Shown piece by piece: positions 14,481 through 27,688 of a stretch of DNA of 64,000 bases. Both the position numbers and the translations under genes were made by a program. Source of the DNA: Marsupella aquatica. Lineage: Eukaryota > Plantae > Marchantiophyta. Position 1 is the stretch's first letter, and the number at the start of each line of letters is the position of its first letter. Where the stretch lies: the NCBI GenBank assembly GCA_973895155.1, contig OZ316893.1, positions 9,239,839 through 9,303,838 of the forward strand, read 5' to 3'. The notes under the pieces are model-generated. The model had not been told where the DNA came from, made no database searches, and was given only the letters and a program-made list of their open reading frames with translations.

Positions 14481-17400
14481 CTTGACGCCAGGCTCTCGTC
14501 GATCTCAAAATCTCTCACAATCCCCTGACTACAGTAGCCCTGTTAGAGGACGTGGGATTGAAGAAGTGCCCTGGTCTGGCCAATGCAGAGGACAACAAGA
14601 TGTCGCAAGAGCTAAAGAATACTGTCGTGCCTGAGTCCGATTGATCATCGGTGGTCATGGCTTTGTTAGTACTATATAAAGGAGATCCCTCCGCTTCGGC
14701 TGGAACCTAGACTGTAGCCACGGTATTGCCGTCAAAAATCATGGTGGACCCAACATGTCTATTCCATAGTCCAACGCGACATTCTACTAACAAGACCCCT
14801 AACTAAGGTTTCCATCTATTAATAGATGGGACTAATCCGTTATCTACCTTCCCATTTGCTCTCTCCGAATCTTTCAAGAATGCTTGTGATGCGAATTTTT
14901 CTTTGCTCCGCTTTTTGGGATATCATGATTATGTCTGGCAATTGTTTGCTAAAATAATGGAGCAAGACTGCAAGAGTCCTGCATTCGGAGGTGAAAGGAA
15001 TCTACAGTAGGCTATTTCCTTGGATTAAAGACTCGATAAGAGACCAGGCATGCAAAAATTGCAAGAGCGCGAGCAGCAAAAACTTTCTCAGATTTAAAGT
15101 CAGCGCTTTTGAAACGAATCTCAGACATCGCTGAGGGGGAGGGCACTTTTTTGGCCGGTGCTTTCAGCACTATGGTTCTGTACTAGGACCTGCTACAAAT
15201 TTTAAAAAACAGTTGACCTCCGCCGATCATTATTCCACTTTTGATGGGCTGATAGAAACGATAAGTCAATCAAACATAGCTGTAGCTTCGACTTTCAGCT
15301 CAAAAGTTGGCAAAAGGGCTCAAAATGCTTTTGTCCAACATTGAATGCCGAAAACTTCCTCTACATTAGCAAATAGTTTTCCAGTTTATTGCATTTTGGC
15401 ACAATCATTGTGCAGCAATCCTATAAGATAAAACGAAGCAATCCTTTAGGTCTGAATTGGGAGATAACCGCTCCGAAGATAAGTACACGCTTGTAAGAGC
15501 AGCCCATTGATCAAAGGCTTACTTCAAGTGAAGAAAAGGGAACGACGATCGATTGTTGTCTGGATATTCAAGTACTAAACTACAGTAAGCTTGTCATTCT
15601 TCTTCGGAATGTTTTGGCACACACACTAAGGAGATTTGATGACTCTGACGGGAAGTTTAAACCTCCAATCGAGATACCCAGCCACTTTTCTGTTACTGTA
15701 GAGCTACAGTTGGATTTCTCAGAACTCACTGGCCGGCGGGTTCAGGGTTAGTCCCAGAACTCAGGTTTATGGAGCCAAGTTATCAAATTTCAAAAATCAG
15801 GGGAACTACCTCACCTCAGTCTGAACGCAAATATCTCTTATCCCTCAATCCCTGTCCGTAAGCCGCCACCCCGGCCGACATAAGTCCAAAGTTCACGTAC
15901 ATGCTTTCACTCCCAGCTTTCCAAATTACCTCAGTTCCAGATTCACACCTAAAGTTAACGTACAGAATTTGGCTGTGTTGGTCCCCACAACTTGTATGAG
16001 AGTCCCATTATTGGAACTGTCCTGGACTCACCCAATTATGAAACGCCCTGTTATTGTCTTCGGAATTTAAGCAACCAATGTGCATAATGGGTTAGCAAGA
16101 GCCACGAATGAGGAAAACTATCGACACTTGCGTATGCTCCGGACCAGCCAAAATAGGTGCTGAATAGTTTCACGTCAGCTGAATTGACGCAAAATGCTCC
16201 TTGCCAATGCCTTTCGAAATTCTTCTGGGCCCCAAGTGCCGGCGCACATCATTGAAGGATGCCGACAAAATGTCAGAATTTTGAGTGCATTTACAGCACT
16301 AAACTCTGTACTCTGTAGATCAGAAATCTACAAACAATCATGATGCGGAGAGTAAGCGTTGTCAAATTCGAGCCAGAAAATGACCACAGTAACTGCAGAC
16401 AAGATTGTCGTGAGTATGAACCTCCCAGAAGGCCAGAAGAGCATATTACCGCAACAACCGTCGACAAATCTGATCACTGTACGTGATGTTTTGGGGGTCC
16501 ACCTGGAATAGTGTTTGGACACGGTCCAGGAAAAGACAGTCGAGAATGTCAGATTGAGGGGGGGGCAGGTTGTGACTCGTTGTGGCTTTCGTGCTACTCT
16601 TCCTTGCACACACATGCCTGTGGTCCACACTCAGCCTAGAATGTAAGAGTGGGGCCGGATCGAGGGTTGTAATGGTGCAGTAGCGTTGGAAAGAAACCTC
16701 CAGCCGTTGATCTCATTCCCATAGTGAGGTGTGCAGAAACCTACAGCAGGAGGGAAGAGTACCTGCGGAGATGTCGGAGGAAGTCTTGACTGACCTTAAA
16801 GTTATCCTCTCGTCATCTCGTGGACTAGACCTGGGCCAGGAGTCACTCCAGAGTTGCCTGTCCCCTGGAGGTGGGGCCAGATTTTGACCGTCGATTGTGG
16901 AGCACATTAATGACACACGCAAAAAGTGAGGGGATGGCACAGAGCCCAAAGTGGCGCTCATCTGGAATGGTCCACTTCACGGAGCTCCGTCGCAATCTCC
17001 GAGAGTTTCGTTTCGATAATCGCATTCAACCAAGCTAAATGCACTTCTGGGGCCTTTGAGGTGTCGATTTCTATTGACCCAGTACTGCATGTGGTGCGCA
17101 TCCTGACCGCGAAATTCTGATCCCCAGAGCTCACATGACTCGTGCAAAAAGTGGTCGAGCCTGAAGTCCTGCCTGAGGTAGGGACAATGCAAGGCATAGC
17201 TGGGTGCAGTGGTTCAGATTGGTGGTATATGACGTTATTTTACGACGGTGACATTGCCCTTGTGCATCGGACTCACACATATCTCACATTGCCTCGACCT
17301 GGACCGAGGAGGTGGGCCAAAGGTCCACGTGTTTTCATGATGTCTGGTCGAGAAATGGGGAGCAAATGGTTCTTGCAGACGATGGACCAGTTATCTACCT

Positions 17401-18357
17401 TCATTCCAGAGGTATCCCATTCACATCGTATGTTTGATTCAAACAAAAGGGCCGAACGAAAGAGCCTCTGCCTAAAAGAATAAGGCTCACACCACCATTG
17501 CAACCACCAATATATTAAAGGGAAAGATTTTGCCCCTCAGTTCTTTCACATTTTAGTCTACTCGGTACCATCCTCTCCGACTAGGACGCCTGCCTCAGCA
17601 AAATGATGCCAATATAGTGAATTCTGAGATTATCAGCAATCCCTAGTGACAGTGGTAGTTTAACCAGAAAGATTCAGTAGCATGCTGCAGTATTCATTAC
17701 AATCTCTGGATCCAATTATTCACATTGTCATCACTCAGAGCTTCCGTCTACAATGATTGGTTTTGGTTTGGTAGATTTTTTGTTTTGTTCTCACTGGCAT
17801 CTTCTTCTCCATCCTTTTTCATCCTACAAAAAAAATCAAAAAGAGATCTGCCAACAAAGGCAACCAGGAAGTGGATGTAGTCGGTGTCCTAGAATTGAGA
17901 CTGCACATGGCTTCCCTGACCCTTGGTGGTTAGTAGTGGAGCTTTCTTTTGTTAATTAATGACTCGGCTGTAGGGTTGGAATCGCTAGTCTACCATCTTT
18001 TAGCTTCAAAGCTGGATGGGATAAAAAAAGGACATTCAATACAGCACAGCCTTCCTCATCAAAGGGACCAAGGAGCATTGATAGCTAGATCCAATTCCGT
18101 TGAGCGGCTGGGTTTTCCCTTTCCTCCCCCTCCCACTCACAGAATAAAAGCAAGAGGTTTTTTCATTCAATCCTGTCAGTGAGTTTGAGAAAGGTTGAGC
18201 ACGCTAGGTCAAGGTACTAATCTGGTTGTTAAGAGATTCAACACCAAATCAAGGATAGGGATTCAGCAGGGAGAGTGAAACTAAGGTGGACAAATGATTA
18301 TCAAAAGGGTGAATGGAAGCACTATATAGATGATGACATATTGTAGCAGCCTAAGCT

Positions 18358-18471
18358 AGATTTCAAGAACATTATTTCTTCTTTCTGAAGTAGTTAGTAG
18401 CTAGGTTATAGAGCTGTTTCAGATTTCAAGAACATTATTTCTGCTTTCTAAAGTAGTTAGTAGCTAGGTTA
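18358..18471. repeat. Imperfect tandem duplication, ~63-bp period
   Basis: agatttcaagaacattatttct...gtagttagtagctaggtta at 18358 and 18421. Confidence 0.85.
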
Positions 18472-18582
18472 GTAGAGATGAGGACCCTAGCTTCCAAATA
18501 ATTCTCATGCATGCAATAGAATCCCAAGGAAATGCCTCTATATTTTGACATTTGCCTCTTTAGTATGTACTTAACATAGAAG

Positions 18583-18978
18583 TGTTAGCCACTTACTTTT
18601 AGGTTTAGGGTTACGACTGGAACTGTAGTTAAGGTAACCTCTCGGCTAACCTTAGTCGTAGACCAGGTTAGGTTAACTAGCCTGTTGCACACTACATCCC
18701 AAACGGTGTTTGCTCAAGTGTTTGCTTGGATAGGAGGAACTCAGAATCATTGTATGGAGCCAGTTGAAAGATAGGGAGATCTTGCCGGGGATCTTGTATT
18801 GTGGAGACTCAACATGGCCGACGGGCCTAGAGTGCAGTAAAACTTTTGTGTGTTCTTGTGGACGTCGCCTCAGCCAAGGTGAAACACATATCTCTCTCTG
18901 TCAACTACTTGTGTGTTGGACGGGGTGTTGGATGATCATCGGCTTGCCGTAAGTTGTGAATGTCGTCTTTGCTCAACA
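18583..18978 (+). mobile_element. Solo LTR (family A, diverged copy)
   Basis: TG...CA termini (tgttagcc...gctcaaca) with flanks agaag/agaaa (4/5 TSD). Colinear similarity to 8828-9172, e.g. gctaaccttagtcg and gcctagagtgcagtaaa. Confidence 0.85.
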
Positions 18979-21900
18979 AGAAACCTGCAGTTTGATTGAA
19001 TCAAAGTATGAGATGCATTGTAACTCTAGGAGCTTTTTTCCTTCTTGCATGGTAAGGTGCCAGGGCACACTAGAGCTTTGAGACTTTAAAGCATACATTT
19101 GGAAGGTACACTACAATCAACCAAAGACTCCCCACCCCCCTCTCCTTTGTGGTAGGCAGCTTTCCCCTTAAGGAAATCTAACCACCTTCCATCCCACAAA
19201 ACACTAGCTACAAAAAAAGCAAGAAACACAAAACCTTTAAAACCATTTGCAATAATGTGGAACCTTTTACATGCACAATGCAAAAGAGTTTTTAAACACA
19301 TTATCCTAAACATATGTACTGCCTTCCTTTTCTTAAAATAAAGCCCTCGTAACTACCCTTGTCTACAATTGTTTACCTTTGCTAAATGGGACAGTAAGAC
19401 CCTATGGTTCAAGCCTAGCTACTATAGCAATGAATCAAGGATCAAGAATCAAGTAAACGGTTTTTTGGCCTTCTATGAGAAAGGAAGAGATGAATTATCA
19501 AGCAACTAGCCAATGCCTGTGTGTTGCACACATATTGAGGCCCAAGGAAATTACCAAGGCAACTTACATGTTGTTGTGGCCATGCAGTCATCCCAGCCAT
19601 GAGGTCATTCTCAAAATGCTATCAAGGAATGTCCAAGTTTGATGTGCAGACTTGTCATTGTGGCCATGTTAGCATCATGGAGATGAGGTTGTTGCAAAAA
19701 GTGTTGGAAAGAATGGATGCACAAGTTTAGTGTGCAAACCTTTCATTGCGGCCATGTCATTCACACAAGGTTATTATTGAGGAACGGAAGTGTTGCAGAG
19801 GCAGGAACTCAGGTGTCATTGAGGGTGTTGTTGATGCCAGGGTTGATGTAAAAGTTTTGTCAAGGCAAAGCCTAATTAGAGGTGTTGTGCTTGGGTTAGC
19901 CCATAGCACCATTTGTCATAAGGGCAGGGTGGAGCTGGAGTTGGCAAGTGGGGGCAATGGCAAGGGAATTGATGGAGAGGGCAAGGCACACAAGACAGGC
20001 AATGGCGGCCATGGGGATGTGGTAGCTAGAGATTATATAACTTGGACAATTTTTAAAAATACCTTGTTGAATAATGATCAAGAATTTAATTTCTCATGTG
20101 AGAAACAGTTTTTAGTGATTAGAGATGAATGCAAAAACAACTTTAGATCATGTACAATTCAAGGCCCATCAAAAGATTGCCGAATGCACACTTTATCAGC
20201 CCCTGTGGTTCAAATAAAGGCACTAACTAATAAACACATGGCCGTAGCGTTTTCTTTGTGTAAAAGTTTTCTTTTTCATTTTTTCACTAACCACTATAGT
20301 GGCATATGACTAATCTTTATGACAAAAAGTTTTGGATTGCAAATTTGGTACTCCAAAACTTTTTGTGTACTTAACCTTAACTTAGTAGTTAAGGCCCAAT
20401 CATCAAATTTTGAGGTTTGAGACCCTGATTGGAAGTATGACAAAATGACCCATGACCCTTGGCGATCTTGTACTTGTCCATTTCGAGTCTCTCTCAACAG
20501 CACCAGAAAAACCCATATGATTAGAGCGCTTGTTTTGGGTGTAAAATGGTGATTGCAGCAGATTGAAACCAAGTAAATCTGCAGAGGCTCGCTCCCATCT
20601 CGTCACAAAAGCTTCGGAATCAAATAAACTCCAGGATGATCGCAAATCAACTTAAGGACAAGCGCTGCAAGATTGCATAAGTGGTAAAGGGTGTCTTCAT
20701 ATTGATTCTGGCCATAAAGAAAAAGGCCATAGCTTTTTCATATTCTCAACATTCCCGTGGCTACGAAGCTTCAAAGCCCTACTGTGCCAATCACTGCAGC
20801 TGAGGTGTTCGCGCACTGTCCTGTTCTTCAAGGTTTCCGTTTGATTTGCACTAAAACAGGTGAAGTTTTGAGCACTTCTCTCCATCAGCTCAAATCTAAT
20901 TCGTCCCATGCTCCACTACCCTATGAAGGACAACTTATTGCAACTCCCAATTCTTCCCCAGATTCGGAAAAGAACATTCTCAGCATTCCATGTACAGTAT
21001 TGTAAGTGATATGAGACGTGAACATTGATGCACAACATAGATGCACATTCCCTTTGGAATCCATTCGCTGCCAAGGCAAACAATTTAGGACGAGTTCTAC
21101 CTTTCCATGTTGGAAAGGCATTTTATTAATTGGAACACAACTTGAGTTTGGAAACATGACAGTAGGACAGCGTGAGTCGAGACCTCTTCGAAACCTGTAG
21201 ATATGAATGGTCAAGGTCAGAATGTTCATCTCGATGGAACCGGTACCCAATTTTATGCAAGTGCAGGATCCTATTCATCTGAAGTATCGAATTTTTAACA
21301 TCAATGACCTATCGGCCCACATCGGCTACTCTCACCGATTTACCAATTTTATTTCATGTGCGTGCATATTTGCATGTGTCAGCTACAGGGGTTGAGTTCA
21401 ATGCCATTTACGCTCCAACCATTAGCAAACGACTGATGAGGAAATTAATGGGCTAGAGAGTTCTGTGTCTAATTACAATTATTTAACTATGTAGGGATGT
21501 CCGGACAATGGGCTCCCAAGAACTTTCAATGAAGGTCTAATCAGGGGCTAAGAAAGAGGTCAGCAGAGGTAATACCTCAAGGGTTTGCATTCACGTAACA
21601 ACTACTTAGCTTTCCGGCGAGCATGATTGGTCGCTCCAGTAGCGCAGGCTGGTTCACAACGTTACTGTAGAGCAAAATAATAAGAGGGAATCCGACACAT
21701 GAAGGATAGACATCCGTGGATGGGAGACGGACGGTCACATAACTTCTAGCAAGGTGCGTAATCCACCGCTCACGCTGCTCCTGCACTCAAAGAATATATA
21801 TGGCAGGGACGTTTGACTATGCCCCGGCAACGTCATGACGGCATGGACCAGACCTCCAGCAACTACCTTCCTAAAAATGTTCATGCAGGAGACTCCATTA

Positions 21901-22980
21901 TCGTGGGATAGCTGGGCACGCTGATCGATGAAGTGGGAATTATTTAGTTGCGCGAATAGTTCGCGGGAAAGTAAATGAAGAATTTCCGTGACTCTCCAGC
22001 ACCCCAGTACGTCATAAGCGAAGCAATCCCGGCTGCCATGTACAGTAGCGTGCACCAATTCGTGCACGCAGGACATCTGTTTAAACAAACCCTTGCTTTT
22101 GGCAGGTAAGGCGCGCTACGTACTAACGCCTTACGTGAACTAACCGGTGAAAGATTGCGCAAGACGGTGAATTGCGAACTACTGCACTTCGAAAATAGGT
22201 TTTTCCAGACAATGAATGTTTGGCGTCAATCTACATTACTTTACTGAATGTATTGTTGGGCACAATCCGCATCGTCAAGAATGAAAACGATCGACCGCCA
22301 GCCATCGAAAACGATCCTGTAGAATGGACGTCGCATTCAGCAGAATTACTTCCGTACCTAACACATATTGCATACTTTGAAGGATCTAGGCGATTAAGTC
22401 TTGGTTCCATAAAACTCTCGTGTACTTTGCTAGGCTCCAAAGCAACAACAGACGGGACAGGCCCCTATTACATGGAGATGAATACGTACGCACCTCTCAG
22501 GTCAGGAGGTGAACCCCAGACATCCGTTCATCGGGTTGCTCCGGAGAGTAACGCTGAGCAGCGCAGATAGATGTGTTGGCCGGTAGTACACTGATCGATG
22601 CGAACAGGTACGCCCGCAGGTACGGAGATTTCCCCTGGCACTTGAGCATCGCCATGTTGTCCTCCGCAAAAACCCACGCTAGTGCCTTCTTCCCACAATC
22701 TACGGGTATATGAAACGTACCTGGCAAACCGTCATTAATGCTCATCGCACCGAGATCGACCAGTCGATTCAAGTTGATTCGAACTGTCACTTCGCTACGT
22801 GAAAACGCTGAAACCTGACCATGTAGTCACCTTGATCCGAGGTAGTGGTAACCTTGATCCGAGGTAGTGGTAAAGCTGGGATCCACAATTCATGCACATT
22901 GATCGATTGAGTGTCAAAGAAAGCATTGTCGGTCCAAAACATGGGACCCCGGTTGAGATGAATAACTAGCCAAATTATCC

Positions 22981-25296
22981 TCATGGTCGAGAAGTTTCCG
23001 ACAGGGAAACGTTGTTCGTGACAGAGAGCCACCAACTGCCTTGAATAAAGTTGTCGATTGAAAAGTACGAAGCCTCATCTCCCGTCAGCTGGTTGGACCA
23101 AGGCACACGAGAACTCACGTTTGCAGCTCCAGGACCGGAGGAATCGTACTCCCCGTACAACAGCGAATCCAACGCGAAAACTCCACTCCATGGCAACCAA
23201 CCTGTCGAGGTGATAAGCGAATCCATGAAAGTACTGACGAAGATAGTCCGTGAAAATAGCTAGCGTCCATGGTCGGCCCAAACACACTTCGTGATCTTTT
23301 ACATACTCTGGCGAGCTAGTTAGTGTGCAATTCTGAAACACTAAGCCTGTCTGGCCTGGGTCGGCTCGACCGGCCGTGAGCAATAAGAGTGCTTCTAACT
23401 GTTCCGGGCAATTTAACCTCACAGCCAGTTGGCAATTCTGAAATAGAGCAGCTGAATTGCCAAAAGATGAAGTCGATCGTCCCCCTAATTGTGCAGTCTT
23501 TGAAGAATTGCCGCACTGCGTGTGAGTAAAGGGTGTCTTGGTAGCCATCAAAAGAACAATCCTGAAAAATGGAGATATCACTGTCCACACGGATCGCCAC
23601 GGCCTGTGACGCATTGGGCCCGGCGGTGTTCTGGAAAGTTATGCCCATTGCTATGAAGCCGTCACCTATGACGAGTGCAGAAACATGTCATGGAATTTCA
23701 TAGTCAAGCAGACCGAAATGCTTTCTTAAGCCAATGTTGTCGATGGTAACGCTGAATGCAGAGCCAAATCTGCAAGATTCGGTTTCAAATAATAGAAAAA
23801 TGCAGCCCTGCAGTTGACGAGACTATGGGTTCCGTTCCAGCATGTGGGAATCTGCGCAATCTATTTCACTGATCTCAGAGAAATTCCTTTGAAATGAGTC
23901 GTTTGAGGTTTCTCAAAGCTTAACAAACATCGATTTGAAACTTCTTCACTTCAGGGTTAAAATGTCAAGTTCGTAATCACTGAAAGAGCGCTATACCGAT
24001 CTTCGACATTACCACTGATCGATTCGTCAAGATGGAAAAAAACTGGAGTTGAAAAGATGTCCCAACAGTTTAATCTGCTACCAAATCGACTTTCCCCAGT
24101 AATGTGCACAGACATGTGAATTTTACTCAGTAATGTAGGCGACATCTAGATGGGAAATCAAACACTTAACTTTCAAGAACACGCACATTAAAATCCACTT
24201 TCGATACACTAGGGTACTTCTCCCAAGTACGTGGAGTAACAATACTCACCGACAGATACAGTTTGATAAGTGGCCGTCCCGGGATGGGACACATTGTTAT
24301 TTCCGGTGAGAACTGACTTATTTGCTCCCTCTCCAACAAAAGTGATCCTCGTCTTGTTCTGGTGCACACGTATAGGTTCTCTGTAGATCCCCTCCTTGAT
24401 GTAAACGACGTATCTTTCATCACTGTAGGTTGGAACATTTTCCAGGGCCTCCTGCACGGAAGAATAGTTGAACACTCCATCGTGAGATACAGTCACGTTT
24501 CTTAGAAGCCCGCTCAGCGCTAAAGGCTGTAGGTCGATGTCTTGGCCTATCCACTTGGGACTGGTGTGGGGGAGCAGGTTAGGGAGGAGAGATTCGCAGG
24601 CCTCGTTTTTGCTGGAGGCAACCATCGTGACAGAACTGACCCATAGAATGCAAGGGCATCAGTCAATGCATGCAAAGCGCATTGCTGATGAGTTTCATAG
24701 TGGAGTTAATTTGCGGGAGGATCACACTAGTCACATCCTCAGGACGATTCACCACGTTTGATAATGCCGAAAAGCAGTCACACTGAAACTGGAGCCCCGG
24801 ACTGGAGCCCGGCATTAAGTTAAGCCACGCTTGTATGTCCTGCATAGGTTTCACAAGCAATGAGTCTCTGGACTAGCTTGGCAAGGCGTGCCCACCCGTA
24901 TCCTAATGTTTCTTCACAAACCAGAGCCGCTGAAGTACTGTTCACGTCCAGAACACTGGACTTCCTGAAGTCCTGAATCAATCTGACGCTCTCCTCCTCA
25001 TTGATCCGACCCACACCTATGGCAATCCTCCCAGGTTCGTTGAAGTGGCTGCAGCTGATGAACCTAAATCTGTAGACAGCGACGAGGCGCACAGTTCGGG
25101 ATAATTATCTGGTAGTTAATTTGACAAACCAACGTATCAAGTTATAGCTGTTTGTCCCGATATCGTTTAGATTTACTTTCAAAACTTTAGAGGGAATTAC
25201 GTGCCCTGACAAGACTCTTCCTTACCAGCAAAACGTCAGGAGAAGTTCCAGCAAGCCCATCAGCGCTTTAAACCTTGTCGCCATTGCCATTCTCAT
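22981..25296 (-). pseudogene. Pectin methylesterase with PMEI pro-domain, frameshifted pseudogene
   Basis: PME motifs VYIKEGIYRE, FQNTAGP, QAVAIRV, YQDTLY, GTIDFIF|GN, LGRPW and YGEYDSSGPGA are split across frames. Lesions include an extra T after DFIF (23462-23465), a frame swap around KLPG..AHGR, a 4-bp gcta duplication after GRPW (~23257-23264), and a frameshift and stop in the PMEI part. Confidence 0.88.
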
Positions 25297-27688
25297 CCCT
25301 TCACCGCGCGAACACTTCATTGCAACGAAGCCCACGAACAAGAAGTCGATAATAATTATGGAGCCACGCTGTGTGTTCATCGTCACACGAGAGAAATTGG
25401 CAAAATCCTCGTCTACCGTACCGATCCTGATGGTGCTCAGGCACAGCACCATCAATTGACAGTTCGGCAGAAATATCATTTCGACTCCCGATGTGATGTG
25501 CAATTATTACGTATCAACTGACTTTCGAGTTCAAATTCCTGCTTGACAAGAGTTTCATGAAAACAAATCTGTCTTGAATGGAACTTCAATCTTCTTTACT
25601 GCTAGGACTGGAAAGGGCACTCATGCAACCAGCCCATGTTATCTTGACGATGGTTCAAATTAACTGCTTTATGTTCTACTGTAATCACAATTTGCCGCAG
25701 TTTGCAGATTCAGGATCGCTTTGAACCTTTCTAAGTGAGCTGAGTGAATCTTCACATTCTTATTGACTGTGGCAAGTGAGATCAAGTAGTCTGTGGGACT
25801 TCAAAATCTTACATTCATATACTTTTAATGTCGCACTTCTCAGTGAGCTTCGTCACTTTTCAATTTTCACATTATTCTTATTGAATGTACGAAGTGAGTT
25901 CAAGTAATGGGACCTGCCAATCTGCAACAAGAAGTGAGGTCAAGTAGAGGGACCTTCGTTCTGGTGTGATCAATCGTTCCGTCTTGGAATGTAGAAGTGA
26001 GACCTCAAAATCGGCAATTCATAGGCATACGAAGTGAGGTCAAGCAGAGGGTTTTTCAGTCACGTGTAACCAGACTCTTGGTCACGGACCTGGTTTAGAG
26101 CCTCTTACGAGATTTTCCAACTGTGAGCATTACCCAGTCAGGGGTTTGCCTGGGTTGTTGGTTCGGATAAAAAACTGTAAGATCGAGCTGTTGCCTTCGA
26201 TCTTGCAGCAGCTATGCGTAATGTTGACAGAAGCTGCAGGAGACCAATTGAAGCTAATCATTGAAGTCCACGCAAGTTGATTTTTTAGTGATGGACCCCA
26301 CTTCTCACAATTAAGTGAGGCCAGGATTGAATATGAAATCAGGACATCTTTGAAGGTTCCATAAATCTTCTACTATAACCAAAACCAATCAAGCTTGGGA
26401 AACCAGGGGCAGAAACGATAGTGGGAAGCCCGACATAAAATGGATGTGTTGGGTTGATTTTTGTGGAGCAAGGATAATCAAAGACCACGGTGGGCAAAGG
26501 AACTAAGGTTACTTCTTTTCTTTGTGGAGTCTCTATGTAAACATGATTAATTTCCACCAATCAAAGCATGTCGTGTAATTTCATTGAACACGACATGATT
26601 TCATGCACATTACAGATACGAAGTAACAGTTCATTTCTAGAGGAAAAGCAATGGACACGATCTGAATATTGAACGTACCGATGCCTCTTTCGTTTGGTTA
26701 CATATATAACAAGGACGGATAATGGCATGCATGGCATTCAATTATAAAGAATAGGTCATAACTTCTGGATAATGGCATTCAATCATAAAGAATAGTTCAT
26801 AACTTTTTCACAGTATTGTGTAAAAGTTTTTTTTTGTTTTTGTTTCACCAGCCTCTATAGTGACTAATGGATTTGGAAAACCCATACTTCCTCCCTAGTT
26901 AAGGTACATCAAACTTTTTGTGTCGGTAACACATAATTCCTCCCTAGTTTCAAATTGGCAATTCTGAGAGAGAGCCCCAATTCTGAACAGCGAACTGAAC
27001 GATCAAATGCCAGTTTTGAGAGCCCTAGTTCTGAAACAGCGAAGTGAACGATCAAATACACAGCACGTGACAGGACAGACTTCACTCCCTCATATACACA
27101 GCACGTGACTAGGACAGACTTATATGCTGGAACCTTAAGACCCGTGCCATCTCAAATTCAATGGCCTGGATACGATACGCGTCATCATTGTGTGGTACCC
27201 AAGGTTGTCCAGTTCACATATGATAAAGGCTACTGTGTGATCATAATGTTGATCGGGCCACTGCTGGACGTCCTCAGTCATAAAGTACAGAAGACGTCTC
27301 AACATGGCATACAGGTTCAAGTTATGATCTGCAGGTACCGAGCTGGATAAATCACAAACCAAGCCGTCATTACCTCAATGCTTAGATTTAGTTATCAAAT
27401 TCTGCACTAACCTTGAACACAGGTATGAGTGCATCACAAGAACTTAGAGCTACTCCCCCGCAGCTGCGTCCCTACTCTCCACCACATTACGTAGCCAGCT
27501 ACTGTACTAGGGCTTTGGAAGTTTTGATTGGATCTGATCTACTCTGCAGTCATCTTGTCAACTGCTTCATGTGCAGACATATGGTCTTCCGGTCTTCCTT
27601 CATTGGCATTCAGCGCCACAAACGTAGTTCAATCTGAACAATGTGGTCTATATATAATGTTATACAGTCACGTCTCAACTGCATGCTA

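Noticed and set aside
19746-20309. 187-aa plus-strand ORF
   Set aside because: No recognisable motifs; lies in a decayed repeat-like tract and starts at a non-ATG codon.
25730-26052. CRISPR-like repeat-spacer array
   Set aside because: Eukaryotic context, short degenerate repeats, spacers related to each other, and no cas genes.
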